IMG/VR virus record: IMGVR_UViG_3300011116_000184
Coordinates: 1-31,143 of that record
Strand: one strand, 5' to 3'
Source of the DNA: a virus
Lineage: Duplodnaviria > Caudoviricetes
Length of the DNA stretch: 31,143 nucleotides
Below the pieces are notes generated by a model. That model was not told the DNA's origin. It searched no databases and saw only the letters and a program-made list of their open reading frames with translations. The stretch's first letter is position 1, and each line of letters opens with the position of its first letter. Position numbers and translations under genes: made by a program. Positions 7,651-18,068 of the stretch are shown here, piece after piece.

Positions 7651-10600
7651 TATTTTTCCATCACTTTCGTAGGAGTAGTATAAACTTCATCAAGCAATGG
7701 ACGAATAATACTTTCATAAGCATCGGTTAAGGCTCTGTTACCTTTTGCTAAATTTTCTAAATTAGCCATACCTTGTATTTTTTCCTTTTCCAATGTTTCT
7801 GTTCCATTAAACTGACTTCTTACATTAGTATCTTCAAAAATATTTAATAATCTTCTTGATAAAGAAGTCATTAATTGTAATGTCTTTACTTGTTCTTTAG
7901 GAAGTTTATCAATAAATTCTTTATCACGAACCATTGATTCTAAATTACTAAATTTAGTAATTTGACTTTGTCTTTGTTCAAATGCTTTTTGAACCAATGC
8001 TTCTCTTAATGCCCAGTTACCACTTAGTAATACTTTTTTCTGTGCATCTGCATTGGCTAATATTGACCTACGATAATCAGCCCTATTTCTATCAGGATTA
8101 TTTGGGTCTGTAAATAACTTGTTAACATCTTTATCTATTTGATAATACTTGTATCTATCTTTAGCAGCAGTAACATTAATAATATAATCTTTCAATCCTT
8201 TTCCTTGGAAATCAAAAGGATTTTCTTTTGGACCAATTAAATCACTAGCCTCTAAGAAGTACATTACATTTGGGTCATACTCACCAACATGTGGAGCAAA
8301 TACCCAACCTACGGTTGGATATCTTTCTAGTAATTTTTTGTTTCCTATTGCCCAATTTTTTGTTTCTTTAGTATAGTTAATAGCAACTTTGGCTGCTCTA
8401 CTAGACTTAGATACAGTATAGACAAGTCTATCTGGATTATCACCAATATACATTGCAGTAGCAAGGGCTATTGGGTCATGTAAATAAAATCCATTTTCAG
8501 AATTATTAATAGTAACACCACGAATAATTTCTCCCCAGTATTGATTAAAAGAAACTATGCCCTGTTTTCTTAACTCACTTGGAATATCTGCTTGTGTATT
8601 TCCTAGTGGTACTGGAGACAAAGTATTAAAACCAGCACGAATTGCTACAATATTATGCGCAGCAAGTCTTAATCTTTTATAAAATAAATCCATTTTAACT
8701 GGGTCTTGTAAATCTGCACCACTAACTCTAGTTGCTGGATTAAACTGTAGTGCTGCAGCAGCCTGCATAACTATGTTTGCTTCAAGACCAGTTTTTTGTC
8801 CACCTGGCATTTGTGCCCAAGCATTCATTAAACTTCCTGGAACCAAAGCCCTTACCCAGTTTGTATTGTCACTGGTTGGACCAAGAACCCAGTTATCTAA
8901 ATTTTCAGCAAACTGAACTACTTGTTTAACATCTACGGCTTGTCCTACTGAAGTTAATAAAGCCTTTGTTGCTAGGGTTGGTATTGCCATAGTAGGACCA
9001 ACAAGTGACCAAACACCAGCACCTTCAGAATAAGATGGGTTTAAAAAAGAAATTTTAGCAGTATATTGATTCCACTCTGGTTGTTTAAAGAAACTCCAGT
9101 CGTCTTCAGTTAATCCTCTATATACCCCACCTGCTGCTTTTAATGGATTAGCAAGAGATGCCATTACTGGCGCAACATTTCTCCAAAAAACTCCATCATT
9201 AGGAACAAGAATATATTGATTGCCATCTTGGTCTTCATAAACCATACCACTACCATTTGAAGCATGAACATACATGCCACCTCTATAAGCAACTTTATCT
9301 GGGTTTTGACTTATGTAACGAACCATACGCCTAGCATAATCATTAGTAGCACGGATAAATCTACCAACTACTCTTGTATTAAAATCAAGTTGATTTTTAA
9401 TTGCTGGGTTATCTATGTACATTAATACTTCATTTTGAGCATTAACTTTGGCTAAATTATCAAAATAAGAATCAGCCTGTAATTCTGCTTGAGCAGTAAT
9501 TAAATCTAAATCAATTTTTTTATCTTTATTAACTTTTAAAGTATCTTGAATAATATCACTAACCATTTTATTTTCAAAATTTTTAGTAAGTTTGCGATTT
9601 TGTAAAACTTTAATAAGATATATATCAGAACTATAAAAATCAACCATTTGCTTATCCATAATTTCCCATGGAATAGTAGCAAATTTTTTAAACATTGAAT
9701 CTGGTTTAAATCCAAGTTCTTGAAAATCAATATCTGTTTTTAAAGTACCTTCAATTGGAAAATCTTTAGTAACTTGTCTGAATTCATCAACTGTTAAATT
9801 ATCTATTTGATAAGTAACAGTAGATTGTTCTTTAAGATTACTTAAACGTAATGCTTTTTGTAATTCAGTTTCACCTGGCACATCTTTACCTAAAACTTTT
9901 TGAACAGTTTCTATTTTTATTTTTATTAAATCTAATAAATCTTGATTAAATTTACCAGCACTACCATGAAATACATTATATAACTCAGCCATGCTACCAC
10001 GAATAATACTTTCAGTTATTTCTGCGTCTGTTTTACCTTCTTGTTTAAAAATAGAAGACTTAAGAAATAAACCATTAAAATTTTTAATTTTTTGTAAAGA
10101 TTTTTTGTTATCAACAATTACTTTACCATCTTTACCTTTTTTAATACCTTGACCACTAGCAACATATTGGCCTGATGAATTTTTAACCCAACCAACTTTA
10201 CCCATAAGTTGAGTAACATAATTTTCAACATCATCTGCAGTTTTTAAACCATTGTTTTCAATAAATGCTGCACCAAAATCTATATTTCCTTTTTTATTAA
10301 ATGCAAAATGTTGACGAAATGTAGCCATATGAGCCAATGCTCTATTACTATCACTAATAACATTATATGAATCTATAACATATTTGCCAGTTTGTTTTCT
10401 ACCAGCCTCTTCAAGGGCTAATGCCCAAGAAGATTTGCCAAAAACTTCATCAGCCATTCCGCCATCAACTATTTTATTAGCAAATGTTGCAGCAACTGAA
10501 GATTGCGTAATGCCTTCTACGGCATGAGAGTTGTTAGAAAGAAAAGTAGCAAAATGTTTAGAATCTTCAGCATCTAAATCACCATATTTTGCTATTGCTA

Positions 10601-13175
10601 CATTTGCAATTCTTTTTTCAACTGAACCTTCAAACACTTCTGATAGTGGAAGTGTTGTTTTAATTTTTACTTTTGTACCACTTGGTAATTCAACTATTCT
10701 TTCTACGTCTTGAAATCCACGAAGTCTTTTTCTTTCGGCAGAACTAATAGATTCTGCTGGATTTTTTTTAATTAAACTAAGAAATCTACCCTTAAGCATT
10801 CCCTGTGTCTGTTTATTAGCAGTATATGCTTGTAATGTTTTACTTAATTTTTTACCTTTATTATTAAAAATACTAATTAATTCATCTGGTCCAAGTACTA
10901 AAGCACCAATAGTAAAATTATCAAAAGCATTTTTTGCTCCAACTTTAGGAAGCAATACTAATCCAGTCCAACCAGTTTGAATAGCACGCATACCAGAGTT
11001 ATAAGTTGAAAATGCTGCTATATTTTTAAGTAAACTACCACGAAGACCACCCAAGTCATAAACTTGTTTAAGAACATCATCAAATGGAATCATTGATATT
11101 CCTGGAGTTGTATGAAAAATTTGACTAGCAGCAGGGGCTAAAGTTTGTCCAACATCTACGGAACCTAGACTAGAATTATCCATATGTTTTGGAATAGTCA
11201 TATTTGTAATTGGTCTTAAACCAAACTCTGAACCAAAAATTCCTTCTAGATATGCACGTTTTGCAGTTAATCCATCTGGAGTAGAACCCATACCAATTTT
11301 ATCAAGATAAAAATTATACATTACTTTAATAGTATGTAATCTTTCTTCTGGACTTCTAGATAAATATCTTTGAGTAATCATATTTGCAACTAATTTATCG
11401 CCAATTAAAAATCTTGCTAATTGTCTAAAATTATCTAATGATGATGAATTAGTAACAAATTCATCTTGATGATAAATTACACTATTTGCTGGCATTTTTG
11501 CAAATGTTTTATTGTATAATTTAGTAAGTTTATTTTTGTGTAAAGTTAATGTTTTAATAATATCATCAGTAGGTTGAACAAGTTTATTTAAATCAATATC
11601 TTTAAGAACAAAATTTTCCCATGCTTCTAATGTTTTAGTTGCTTCTTCTGGTATAGGTTTTTTTCCAGCAAGAACAGCACTATCAATACCATTTACTAAC
11701 TCATCAAATAATACTTTTCCCTTATCGGTAAAGGCTCTTGTTCTACGTTCTAAAGCAATATTGTGTGCTCTTTGTTGAATTATACCATTAATTTTTAAAT
11801 CAGTAATAAATCCTACATTTTCTCCACGCTCAAAAAACTTTTGCATTGTATTAAGGTCTGTAATTGGAACTTCTTTTAAATCATCATCTAAAACTTTAGT
11901 ACTTAATAAATGATTAATTAATCCATCATTATCATATTCTGGATGTAATGTGGCTATACGAGTTCTAATTAATCCTGCTTGAGCAAAATCTTTTGCTTCA
12001 GTTGCTGCTCTAAGTTGATTGATTTCATCTGCAACTTTAGATATTTTTTGATTAAATTGTGGATTTTTAAATAATTCAGCAACTGATTCAACTGTTCTAC
12101 CAGCATAAACTTCTTGTGCTAATCTTTGTCCAGCCATTAATGATTTACTTGAACCAGCAGTTAACCAAGTAAGTGGGTCACTAAGTATAGTATAGGCAAA
12201 ATTAATTTGACCAGATGGTGAAGCCCATTGATTTTCTTTAAAAGTAAATGGGTTAATATTTTTAACTGCCCAAGTATTTTGTTCTGCAACTGGTACTGGT
12301 ATAAATGGAATTGTACCAACTGTATTCTTAATAAAATCACCAACAGTGCCTAAATCTTTGGGTGGAAGTGTTTTATTTAAAAAGTTAGTTAAATCATTAC
12401 CTGGATTAATTTGTTGGCCTTTATGTTCTGCATAAAGTTTTTTCCAACTATCACTATTAGATGCAAAATCTTGAAAAGCCTTAGTTAATGGTGCATCAAT
12501 CTCACCATACTCTCTTAAAATATCTGCTGGTTTTACACCATCAATTATTTTTCTAGCCAAATAAGATGCAGCATATCCATATTTATTTTCAAGTTCTTGA
12601 ATACTTGATTCACGCCATGAATTTTTACCTTCATAAATATCAGACCAAGATTTATTAGTTAATGCTTTTTTAAAACCTTCTGATGTTGATAGAGGTTGTC
12701 CAGTTTTTTTATCAACAGTTGGTATACCCTGTGTAATAATTTTATTAATTGATTCGTCTGCAGCAACACCAAGTTTATAAACAGATTTAACACCCTTGCC
12801 CCATTTTTCAAGAGTATCTAATGTAGACCTAAATGGTTCAGTTACTTGGCTTACACCCGCTTCAAGAACTTTTTTAAAAATACTTTTAGGTTGTTGTTGA
12901 TAGTCTGCTTCTGGATTTAAAAATTTTAAAAATTCTTTTGTATCTTTATCTAAAGAATTAAATTTTTTTCTTGCTTTTCCTATATCTTTATTTTTAACAA
13001 GTTCATTATCTAATGATAAATAACTTAAAAGATTAGTAACTACAACAGCCTCTTCTTGTGTCCATGAACCAGCATTTGTTGCTGCATATAGCAATGGCTC
13101 TGCAGACGCAAGTGTTGGATTAAATGGGTTTGGCTCTAATGGAGGCAATTGTGTTGATGGAGAAGTAAATGACAT
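7650..13175 (-). CDS. Large putative internal virion/ejection protein
   Basis: 1841 aa uninterrupted ORF in virion operon, coupled to both neighbours; no catalytic motif recognised. Confidence 0.7.
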   Translation of the reverse strand: MSFTSPSTQLPPLEPNPFNPTLASAEPLLYAATNAGSWTQEEAVVVTNLLSYLSLDNELVKNKDIGKARKKFNSLDKDTKEFLKFLNPEADYQQQPKSIFKKVLEAGVSQVTEPFRSTLDTLEKWGKGVKSVYKLGVAADESINKIITQGIPTVDKKTGQPLSTSEGFKKALTNKSWSDIYEGKNSWRESSIQELENKYGYAASYLARKIIDGVKPADILREYGEIDAPLTKAFQDFASNSDSWKKLYAEHKGQQINPGNDLTNFLNKTLPPKDLGTVGDFIKNTVGTIPFIPVPVAEQNTWAVKNINPFTFKENQWASPSGQINFAYTILSDPLTWLTAGSSKSLMAGQRLAQEVYAGRTVESVAELFKNPQFNQKISKVADEINQLRAATEAKDFAQAGLIRTRIATLHPEYDNDGLINHLLSTKVLDDDLKEVPITDLNTMQKFFERGENVGFITDLKINGIIQQRAHNIALERRTRAFTDKGKVLFDELVNGIDSAVLAGKKPIPEEATKTLEAWENFVLKDIDLNKLVQPTDDIIKTLTLHKNKLTKLYNKTFAKMPANSVIYHQDEFVTNSSSLDNFRQLARFLIGDKLVANMITQRYLSRSPEERLHTIKVMYNFYLDKIGMGSTPDGLTAKRAYLEGIFGSEFGLRPITNMTIPKHMDNSSLGSVDVGQTLAPAASQIFHTTPGISMIPFDDVLKQVYDLGGLRGSLLKNIAAFSTYNSGMRAIQTGWTGLVLLPKVGAKNAFDNFTIGALVLGPDELISIFNNKGKKLSKTLQAYTANKQTQGMLKGRFLSLIKKNPAESISSAERKRLRGFQDVERIVELPSGTKVKIKTTLPLSEVFEGSVEKRIANVAIAKYGDLDAEDSKHFATFLSNNSHAVEGITQSSVAATFANKIVDGGMADEVFGKSSWALALEEAGRKQTGKYVIDSYNVISDSNRALAHMATFRQHFAFNKKGNIDFGAAFIENNGLKTADDVENYVTQLMGKVGWVKNSSGQYVASGQGIKKGKDGKVIVDNKKSLQKIKNFNGLFLKSSIFKQEGKTDAEITESIIRGSMAELYNVFHGSAGKFNQDLLDLIKIKIETVQKVLGKDVPGETELQKALRLSNLKEQSTVTYQIDNLTVDEFRQVTKDFPIEGTLKTDIDFQELGFKPDSMFKKFATIPWEIMDKQMVDFYSSDIYLIKVLQNRKLTKNFENKMVSDIIQDTLKVNKDKKIDLDLITAQAELQADSYFDNLAKVNAQNEVLMYIDNPAIKNQLDFNTRVVGRFIRATNDYARRMVRYISQNPDKVAYRGGMYVHASNGSGMVYEDQDGNQYILVPNDGVFWRNVAPVMASLANPLKAAGGVYRGLTEDDWSFFKQPEWNQYTAKISFLNPSYSEGAGVWSLVGPTMAIPTLATKALLTSVGQAVDVKQVVQFAENLDNWVLGPTSDNTNWVRALVPGSLMNAWAQMPGGQKTGLEANIVMQAAAALQFNPATRVSGADLQDPVKMDLFYKRLRLAAHNIVAIRAGFNTLSPVPLGNTQADIPSELRKQGIVSFNQYWGEIIRGVTINNSENGFYLHDPIALATAMYIGDNPDRLVYTVSKSSRAAKVAINYTKETKNWAIGNKKLLERYPTVGWVFAPHVGEYDPNVMYFLEASDLIGPKENPFDFQGKGLKDYIINVTAAKDRYKYYQIDKDVNKLFTDPNNPDRNRADYRRSILANADAQKKVLLSGNWALREALVQKAFEQRQSQITKFSNLESMVRDKEFIDKLPKEQVKTLQLMTSLSRRLLNIFEDTNVRSQFNGTETLEKEKIQGMANLENLAKGNRALTDAYESIIRPLLDEVYTTPTKVMEK

Positions 13176-13588
13176 TAAGACATATTCAATCTGTTATATA
13201 ATGCTTCTAATTTTCCAGATGTATCATATGACATCATTCTATAAACAACATTTGTTGGATTGCTTCCAGATATACTACCAAGAGAATTAGGATTAATGGT
13301 TGGGCTATCACCCCATGATGCTCCATGATGTATTGGCTCATTAGGAAATTCTGTTGGTGCAGATAAATCTGTGGTTACATCTGCGCCTTCAATGTCTTCC
13401 ATTTTTACTGCACCCATCATTGGTGCTGCTACTTGTTGGTCGTAAGTTGCTCGTCCTTCGCCTTGTGGTAATCCTGGAATGTAGGTTGCAGGTTGTGTTG
13501 GACCCCCGTCAGTACGTTGACTAAGAGAGCCAGGGCCTGATACTGGGGCTGGGTTATTTGGTTTTCTATATCCACCTTGTTGTTCCAC
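13175..13588 (-). CDS. Hypothetical Pro/Gly-rich virion-module protein
   Basis: GTG start with AGGAGG SD; GGYRKPNNPAPVSGPGSLSQRTDGGP. Confidence 0.75.
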   Translation of the reverse strand: MEQQGGYRKPNNPAPVSGPGSLSQRTDGGPTQPATYIPGLPQGEGRATYDQQVAAPMMGAVKMEDIEGADVTTDLSAPTEFPNEPIHHGASWGDSPTINPNSLGSISGSNPTNVVYRMMSYDTSGKLEALYNRLNMS

Positions 13589-13596
13589 GCTTCCTC

Positions 13597-14166
13597 CTAC
13601 TTAGTAAATTGTGTTTTAACGGTTGCGGTTCCACCGCACCATACATTGTATTCAATTGCTATATTGATTGCTTTCTTTGCGGCCCCTGATGCTTTTGCGT
13701 GAGTCTTAGTTTCAGACTCCATTGCTGCTAATGCTCCAAGGGCTAAAGTTCCACCAGAACCTATTGCATATAAACCTTTGTCATCTCGCATATATCCATA
13801 GTCATCGCTAACTTGATATAACCTACCATTAAAACAAACTAATGCATCCCAACCTGAATCATCATCATTTTTTGTTTTAGGCGTTGGGTCATATCCGCCA
13901 TCTATTATGGTTTGTTTCATAGATGGTAATACTCTAATCATCATAAATCTATCTGGGTCTTGTGTCTTAATTACTTTAGGTGGTTGCCATAAGTTATTAA
14001 GGATATCTCCTACAATTGCATCACCTGCAACTGCAATTAGATACTCACCAATTTTAACTATCTTTTCACATCCTTTAGCCACGTATGGTCTATCTTGATA
14101 TGAGGTTGTAGTATCTGCGCCTAGAACAGCCCAGCCTTTACCCTGTATTCCAACTATTGCCGTCAT
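13597..14166 (-). CDS. HslV/proteasome beta-subunit-like Ntn threonine peptidase
   Basis: M-TAIVG (Thr1 after Met removal), LGADT, EKIVKI (Lys33 equivalent), IAVAGD, AIGSGG, WCGG. Confidence 0.85.
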   Translation of the reverse strand: MTAIVGIQGKGWAVLGADTTTSYQDRPYVAKGCEKIVKIGEYLIAVAGDAIVGDILNNLWQPPKVIKTQDPDRFMMIRVLPSMKQTIIDGGYDPTPKTKNDDDSGWDALVCFNGRLYQVSDDYGYMRDDKGLYAIGSGGTLALGALAAMESETKTHAKASGAAKKAINIAIEYNVWCGGTATVKTQFTK

Positions 14167-14180
14167 GGTCCCCTTCTAAA

Positions 14181-15941
14181 TTATCTTCTAATTACACGTC
14201 TAGCGCTTGCCGTTCCTTTACCGCTTGAACTTAAACTAGAAAGTAAACTTTGAATATCTGGGGCGCCTTGTTGTGCTTGTGGCGGTACTGGAATAGGACC
14301 TCCTGGTGATGCTTCGGGAGCAGGGGACGTTTGCTCAACCATTTGTTCGGCACCAGCAGGAGGTAATTCTGGTGCAAATATATCTTCTATTGCATCCTCA
14401 AGTGTTACGCCTTTTTGACGTGCTTTAATAACTTCTGCTATTTTTTTAACCACAGTTGTAGGGTCTTGTCCTTGAACTGCCATTTGTGGTATTGCTTGAG
14501 AGTATGCTTGCATTGATGCAATTAATGCAGTTCTCATATCTTCAATTTCAATTTTTTCTTGTTCTTGAGTTACGTTAATACCAAATGGTAACTCACGCAT
14601 AGCCATATCTTTGGAGATTAATTTACCTCCAAGGGCTTGCAACATAAAAATAAGTCCCTGTGCTGGATTAAGACCAGCAAGCATGCCGTAACGAACATCG
14701 GCTGAATAATCTTTTTTGATATCCTTTGATGGCTTGTAGTCAATGCTGTATGGAGAACCAGCATCTACACCACGAACTGTCTTTTCAAAGTCAAAGTATT
14801 TTTCATCTACTTCAAAACAAACAGAAATAACATCTTTAAGTGCTGATGCAAAGATAGCCTGAGCAGATTTAACTTGTGTATCAAAGCCACCCATAAGTGC
14901 TTGTACACCTTGGCCAGTAATAATTGACGCATCAATATTACCAGTACGTGACTCTGGATATCTAGTTCCAGTTCTTAACTCTTGTTGTAGTAATGTTTGT
15001 TCAGTAAATGCACCATTAGGTATAGGCAGTTCAACACGGCGCACACCTGCTGGATTGGCTGTGCGGATAATAGAATCTCCGCCAAACTCAATTTCTTGAA
15101 CATCTTGTGGAACAACAATTGGTGATTGAACAGATTTCTCTGCTGCTTCCATCGCAAGTAATGCGAACCTATTACGAAGCAGTTGGATACCTAGAACATC
15201 ATCAAACTGTCCACGCATTTCACCATCAACACTAGGACGTCTAGCAACTACAATCATCATTTTTCCAAGCGGATTAATTGCTTGAGATAAAATTAAATTG
15301 CTACGGCTAGGAACATAAATAACAGATTGGTCTTTATCGTAATAACGAATAAAATCAATTCTGGCACTTAGGTTTTGTTCATAACCTTCTTTGCCTAGTA
15401 ATTGCATTTCATACTCTGGGAATTGAGATACTAATTCAGCAATTGATAGTTCATATCTTTTAGCAAAGGCAATGCAACGTCCGTAGCGGTCAAACTCTGG
15501 GTAAGCCCCAATCGGACTTTCTACACGGATACGTGGCAGCCCTGCCTCTTCGTCTAATTCAACTATGAATGGGACGAAACCAAATGTGATGTAATGGTCT
15601 GCACCTGTGTACATCTGCACTTGTAAATCTGAATGAGCAAAATAATTAGAAGCAATACGAGTACGCTTATCGGCAAAAGAACGAGCACGGTCAGAGACCT
15701 GATTAGCGGCCGAGCAGTTAACCGCAGGAAGTGGCGCCATAACTTCTGACAAGTCACGGGCAACAATGTCAATAAAATTTGCAACGACATTTGCGTCTAC
15801 ACCTTCTGGAAAAAATGCTGGATAGACAGATGAAATTTTACCTTTACGGACGGCAAGTACATCTTGTGCCCTTGCATCTCTATCAGCAGCACGGTCTTTA
15901 AGAGAATCTACTCTTGCTGCAATTTGATTTATTGATAACAA
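14181..15941 (-). CDS. Portal protein
   Basis: 586 aa directly after terminase; VANFIDIVARD, GQFDDVL, ITGQGVQAL, Pro/Gln-rich tail; TTG start with AAGGA SD. Confidence 0.85.
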   Translation of the reverse strand: MLSINQIAARVDSLKDRAADRDARAQDVLAVRKGKISSVYPAFFPEGVDANVVANFIDIVARDLSEVMAPLPAVNCSAANQVSDRARSFADKRTRIASNYFAHSDLQVQMYTGADHYITFGFVPFIVELDEEAGLPRIRVESPIGAYPEFDRYGRCIAFAKRYELSIAELVSQFPEYEMQLLGKEGYEQNLSARIDFIRYYDKDQSVIYVPSRSNLILSQAINPLGKMMIVVARRPSVDGEMRGQFDDVLGIQLLRNRFALLAMEAAEKSVQSPIVVPQDVQEIEFGGDSIIRTANPAGVRRVELPIPNGAFTEQTLLQQELRTGTRYPESRTGNIDASIITGQGVQALMGGFDTQVKSAQAIFASALKDVISVCFEVDEKYFDFEKTVRGVDAGSPYSIDYKPSKDIKKDYSADVRYGMLAGLNPAQGLIFMLQALGGKLISKDMAMRELPFGINVTQEQEKIEIEDMRTALIASMQAYSQAIPQMAVQGQDPTTVVKKIAEVIKARQKGVTLEDAIEDIFAPELPPAGAEQMVEQTSPAPEASPGGPIPVPPQAQQGAPDIQSLLSSLSSSGKGTASARRVIRR

Positions 15942-15950
15942 TATAATTCC

Positions 15951-17837
15951 TTATCCGTAAGTTTGTTGCCATTGCTCTGCAAAGGCTTCGTCTAAATTAA
16001 CTGAGTATCTTTTTTCTGTTTGTGCTCTTGTTGCCCAACGATTTCTTGCGTACTTACTAATGTTATTAGTCTGTTGCATAAACTCCCGTGCTCTTAACAC
16101 AACAAACCATAATGCCATAACACAGTCAGTTTTACCACGAGTATTGGGTTTCCAGGTTATTAACTGCTGGACTAACGCCTTCATACCCTCTGAGTTATCT
16201 GTTGAAGGAAACTCAATAATATTATTTTTTTGGAACTTATCATCTCGTAAAGTTCCCATTAACATAGACATACCCGCTACACCAAAGTTAGAGTCCCATT
16301 TATTTTTGTTAGTATAATGAGATTCTAAACGACAGCCATATGCTGCTAACCAATTTCTTAAATTATCATCCAATGCATAGGCTTTTTGATGAGCATTAAT
16401 CTCAACTCGTAATTCTTGTGGTCTGTATTTTTCTACCAAATGCTCAATGATGTCTTGAATTTTTTGTGGAGTAGGGTCTGACATATTTACACAATCAAGA
16501 ACATATATTTTACTATCTGCTCTGTTATATGTGGCCACCACAAACGCAGCATTCCCGCCCATTGCGGGGTCAAATCCAATGATTGTGTACCCCTCAATGT
16601 TGCGGGGATGTCCTACGGCACCTGCTTTCAGCAGGCCACGTTTGCGTTGGCCGTTGATACAACCCTGAACAATTGCGGGTGGAAATATACTGTCTTCAGA
16701 AACATCTTCTTGTTGGTAAACCAACGCCCATGTTTGCGGTGTTACTTCGCTTCGTCTGCGGAATAAGGCTTTGCCGTCCCATTTCGGGAAGTACCCTTCT
16801 TTGTCAGGTACGTCAGTATCCCCATCCCAAGGAAGGTCCGACTTAGGCCAGAGCGTTTTCCAATCTTCAGGCTTTTCTGAATATTCCAAAACAGCAGGCA
16901 TGCCCATATAAGTAAAAGGGCTTTTACCACCAGACCAGTGTTTGGCCTCACGGAGTTCTTTGTAGAAGTCTTGCGCTGCAATTCGTGTCCCTACGATTAG
17001 TAACTTACCATTTTTACCCAAACGGGTAATAACTTCTTTTTGTAGCCAGTTGATTTGTTTTTCATACTCATGGGCGTTTGCTGTAGTTATGCAGTCATCA
17101 AGAATGATGAGGTCAGCACGTGCTCCATAAATCTGTCCACCCATACCAAGTGCTTGGATGGTAGGGTCTTTCTCGCTAGAATTTCTAGCATCGCTCCCAA
17201 GGTAAACGGTATCAACTCGCCAAGTGTCTGAATCTTCTTTCCAACCACCTTCGGGGCCAAAAGTTGTTTGCAACTTTAACCAACGTGGATGGGAGAGTCT
17301 CTGCTTGATTGCGTACACGAACTCACGTGCTTTGATTAACGTTTTAGAAACCACGATAATGCGGATATTTGGATTGAGAGCGATACGATATGTGGAGTAG
17401 TTTACGGTTATGACTGTGCTCTTGGCATGCTCAGGTGGCACGTTAAGCAAGAGACGGGCTGGGTCACCCTTCTCGTAAACCATACTAGGGTGGAGCCATG
17501 AAGGCTCTCTATCCTCTAGTAAGTCAATCCAATCTTGATGATGGGGGAATACCCTCTGCTGTAAAAAAATTTCTGAGAATCTTGGAAAGTCTATTTCTTC
17601 TTTAGGGATACCTAGGGCTGCAAGGGAAGCATCCTTTGCGGTAGCCTTAGCCTCTGTTAAGTCAGCAGCAAACTTCTTATCCCTAAGACACCAGATTCTT
17701 ACAGTGTCAGGTTTTTTGCCGCACATTTCCATAGCCTTATGGACAGAGTGGCCTTCGGCCACCAAGGCTAAAACTTTAGCCTTTGCTCCTGCCATAGCAT
17801 GGGTTTTGGGGTTATTGCCCCCCTTTTGAAAAGTCAT
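15951..17837 (-). CDS. terL: Terminase large subunit with N-terminal HTH-like extension
   Basis: Walker A variant PPEHAKST, GARADLIILDD (Walker B), IVGTR (motif III), nuclease IGFDPA and DCVMALW. Confidence 0.93.
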   Translation of the reverse strand: MTFQKGGNNPKTHAMAGAKAKVLALVAEGHSVHKAMEMCGKKPDTVRIWCLRDKKFAADLTEAKATAKDASLAALGIPKEEIDFPRFSEIFLQQRVFPHHQDWIDLLEDREPSWLHPSMVYEKGDPARLLLNVPPEHAKSTVITVNYSTYRIALNPNIRIIVVSKTLIKAREFVYAIKQRLSHPRWLKLQTTFGPEGGWKEDSDTWRVDTVYLGSDARNSSEKDPTIQALGMGGQIYGARADLIILDDCITTANAHEYEKQINWLQKEVITRLGKNGKLLIVGTRIAAQDFYKELREAKHWSGGKSPFTYMGMPAVLEYSEKPEDWKTLWPKSDLPWDGDTDVPDKEGYFPKWDGKALFRRRSEVTPQTWALVYQQEDVSEDSIFPPAIVQGCINGQRKRGLLKAGAVGHPRNIEGYTIIGFDPAMGGNAAFVVATYNRADSKIYVLDCVNMSDPTPQKIQDIIEHLVEKYRPQELRVEINAHQKAYALDDNLRNWLAAYGCRLESHYTNKNKWDSNFGVAGMSMLMGTLRDDKFQKNNIIEFPSTDNSEGMKALVQQLITWKPNTRGKTDCVMALWFVVLRAREFMQQTNNISKYARNRWATRAQTEKRYSVNLDEAFAEQWQQTYG

Positions 17838-17889
17838 AGTCCTGTCCCGTTTTCATCAGTTGTAACAGTTCTTATATACAGTCTGTAAC

Positions 17890-17910
17890 GCAAGTCCCCC
17901 AAGGACTTGC
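17890..17910. repeat. Perfect 8-bp inverted repeat upstream of terminase
   Basis: GCAAGTCC-5 nt-GGACTTGC. Confidence 0.6.
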
Positions 17911-18068
17911 TACTGTTAAAAAGAAACAGCCTCTATATAGTATAACCTGTTCAAACAGCCAAAGCGAACGCTTTGAAACAAAATATTTTTTTTAGTATGC
18001 CAAAAATTAGTACAAAATAGGACAAACTGGGACTGGTATGGGGGATACTTCTGTACGGGAAAATCTTT

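Noticed and set aside
7650-13175. 1841-aa protein as an N4-like virion RNA polymerase reading the hairpins
   Set aside because: No single-subunit or DxDGD-type polymerase motif recognised, and the hairpins carry sigma70-type boxes rather than short N4-type stem-loops; a structural search is needed to exclude it fully
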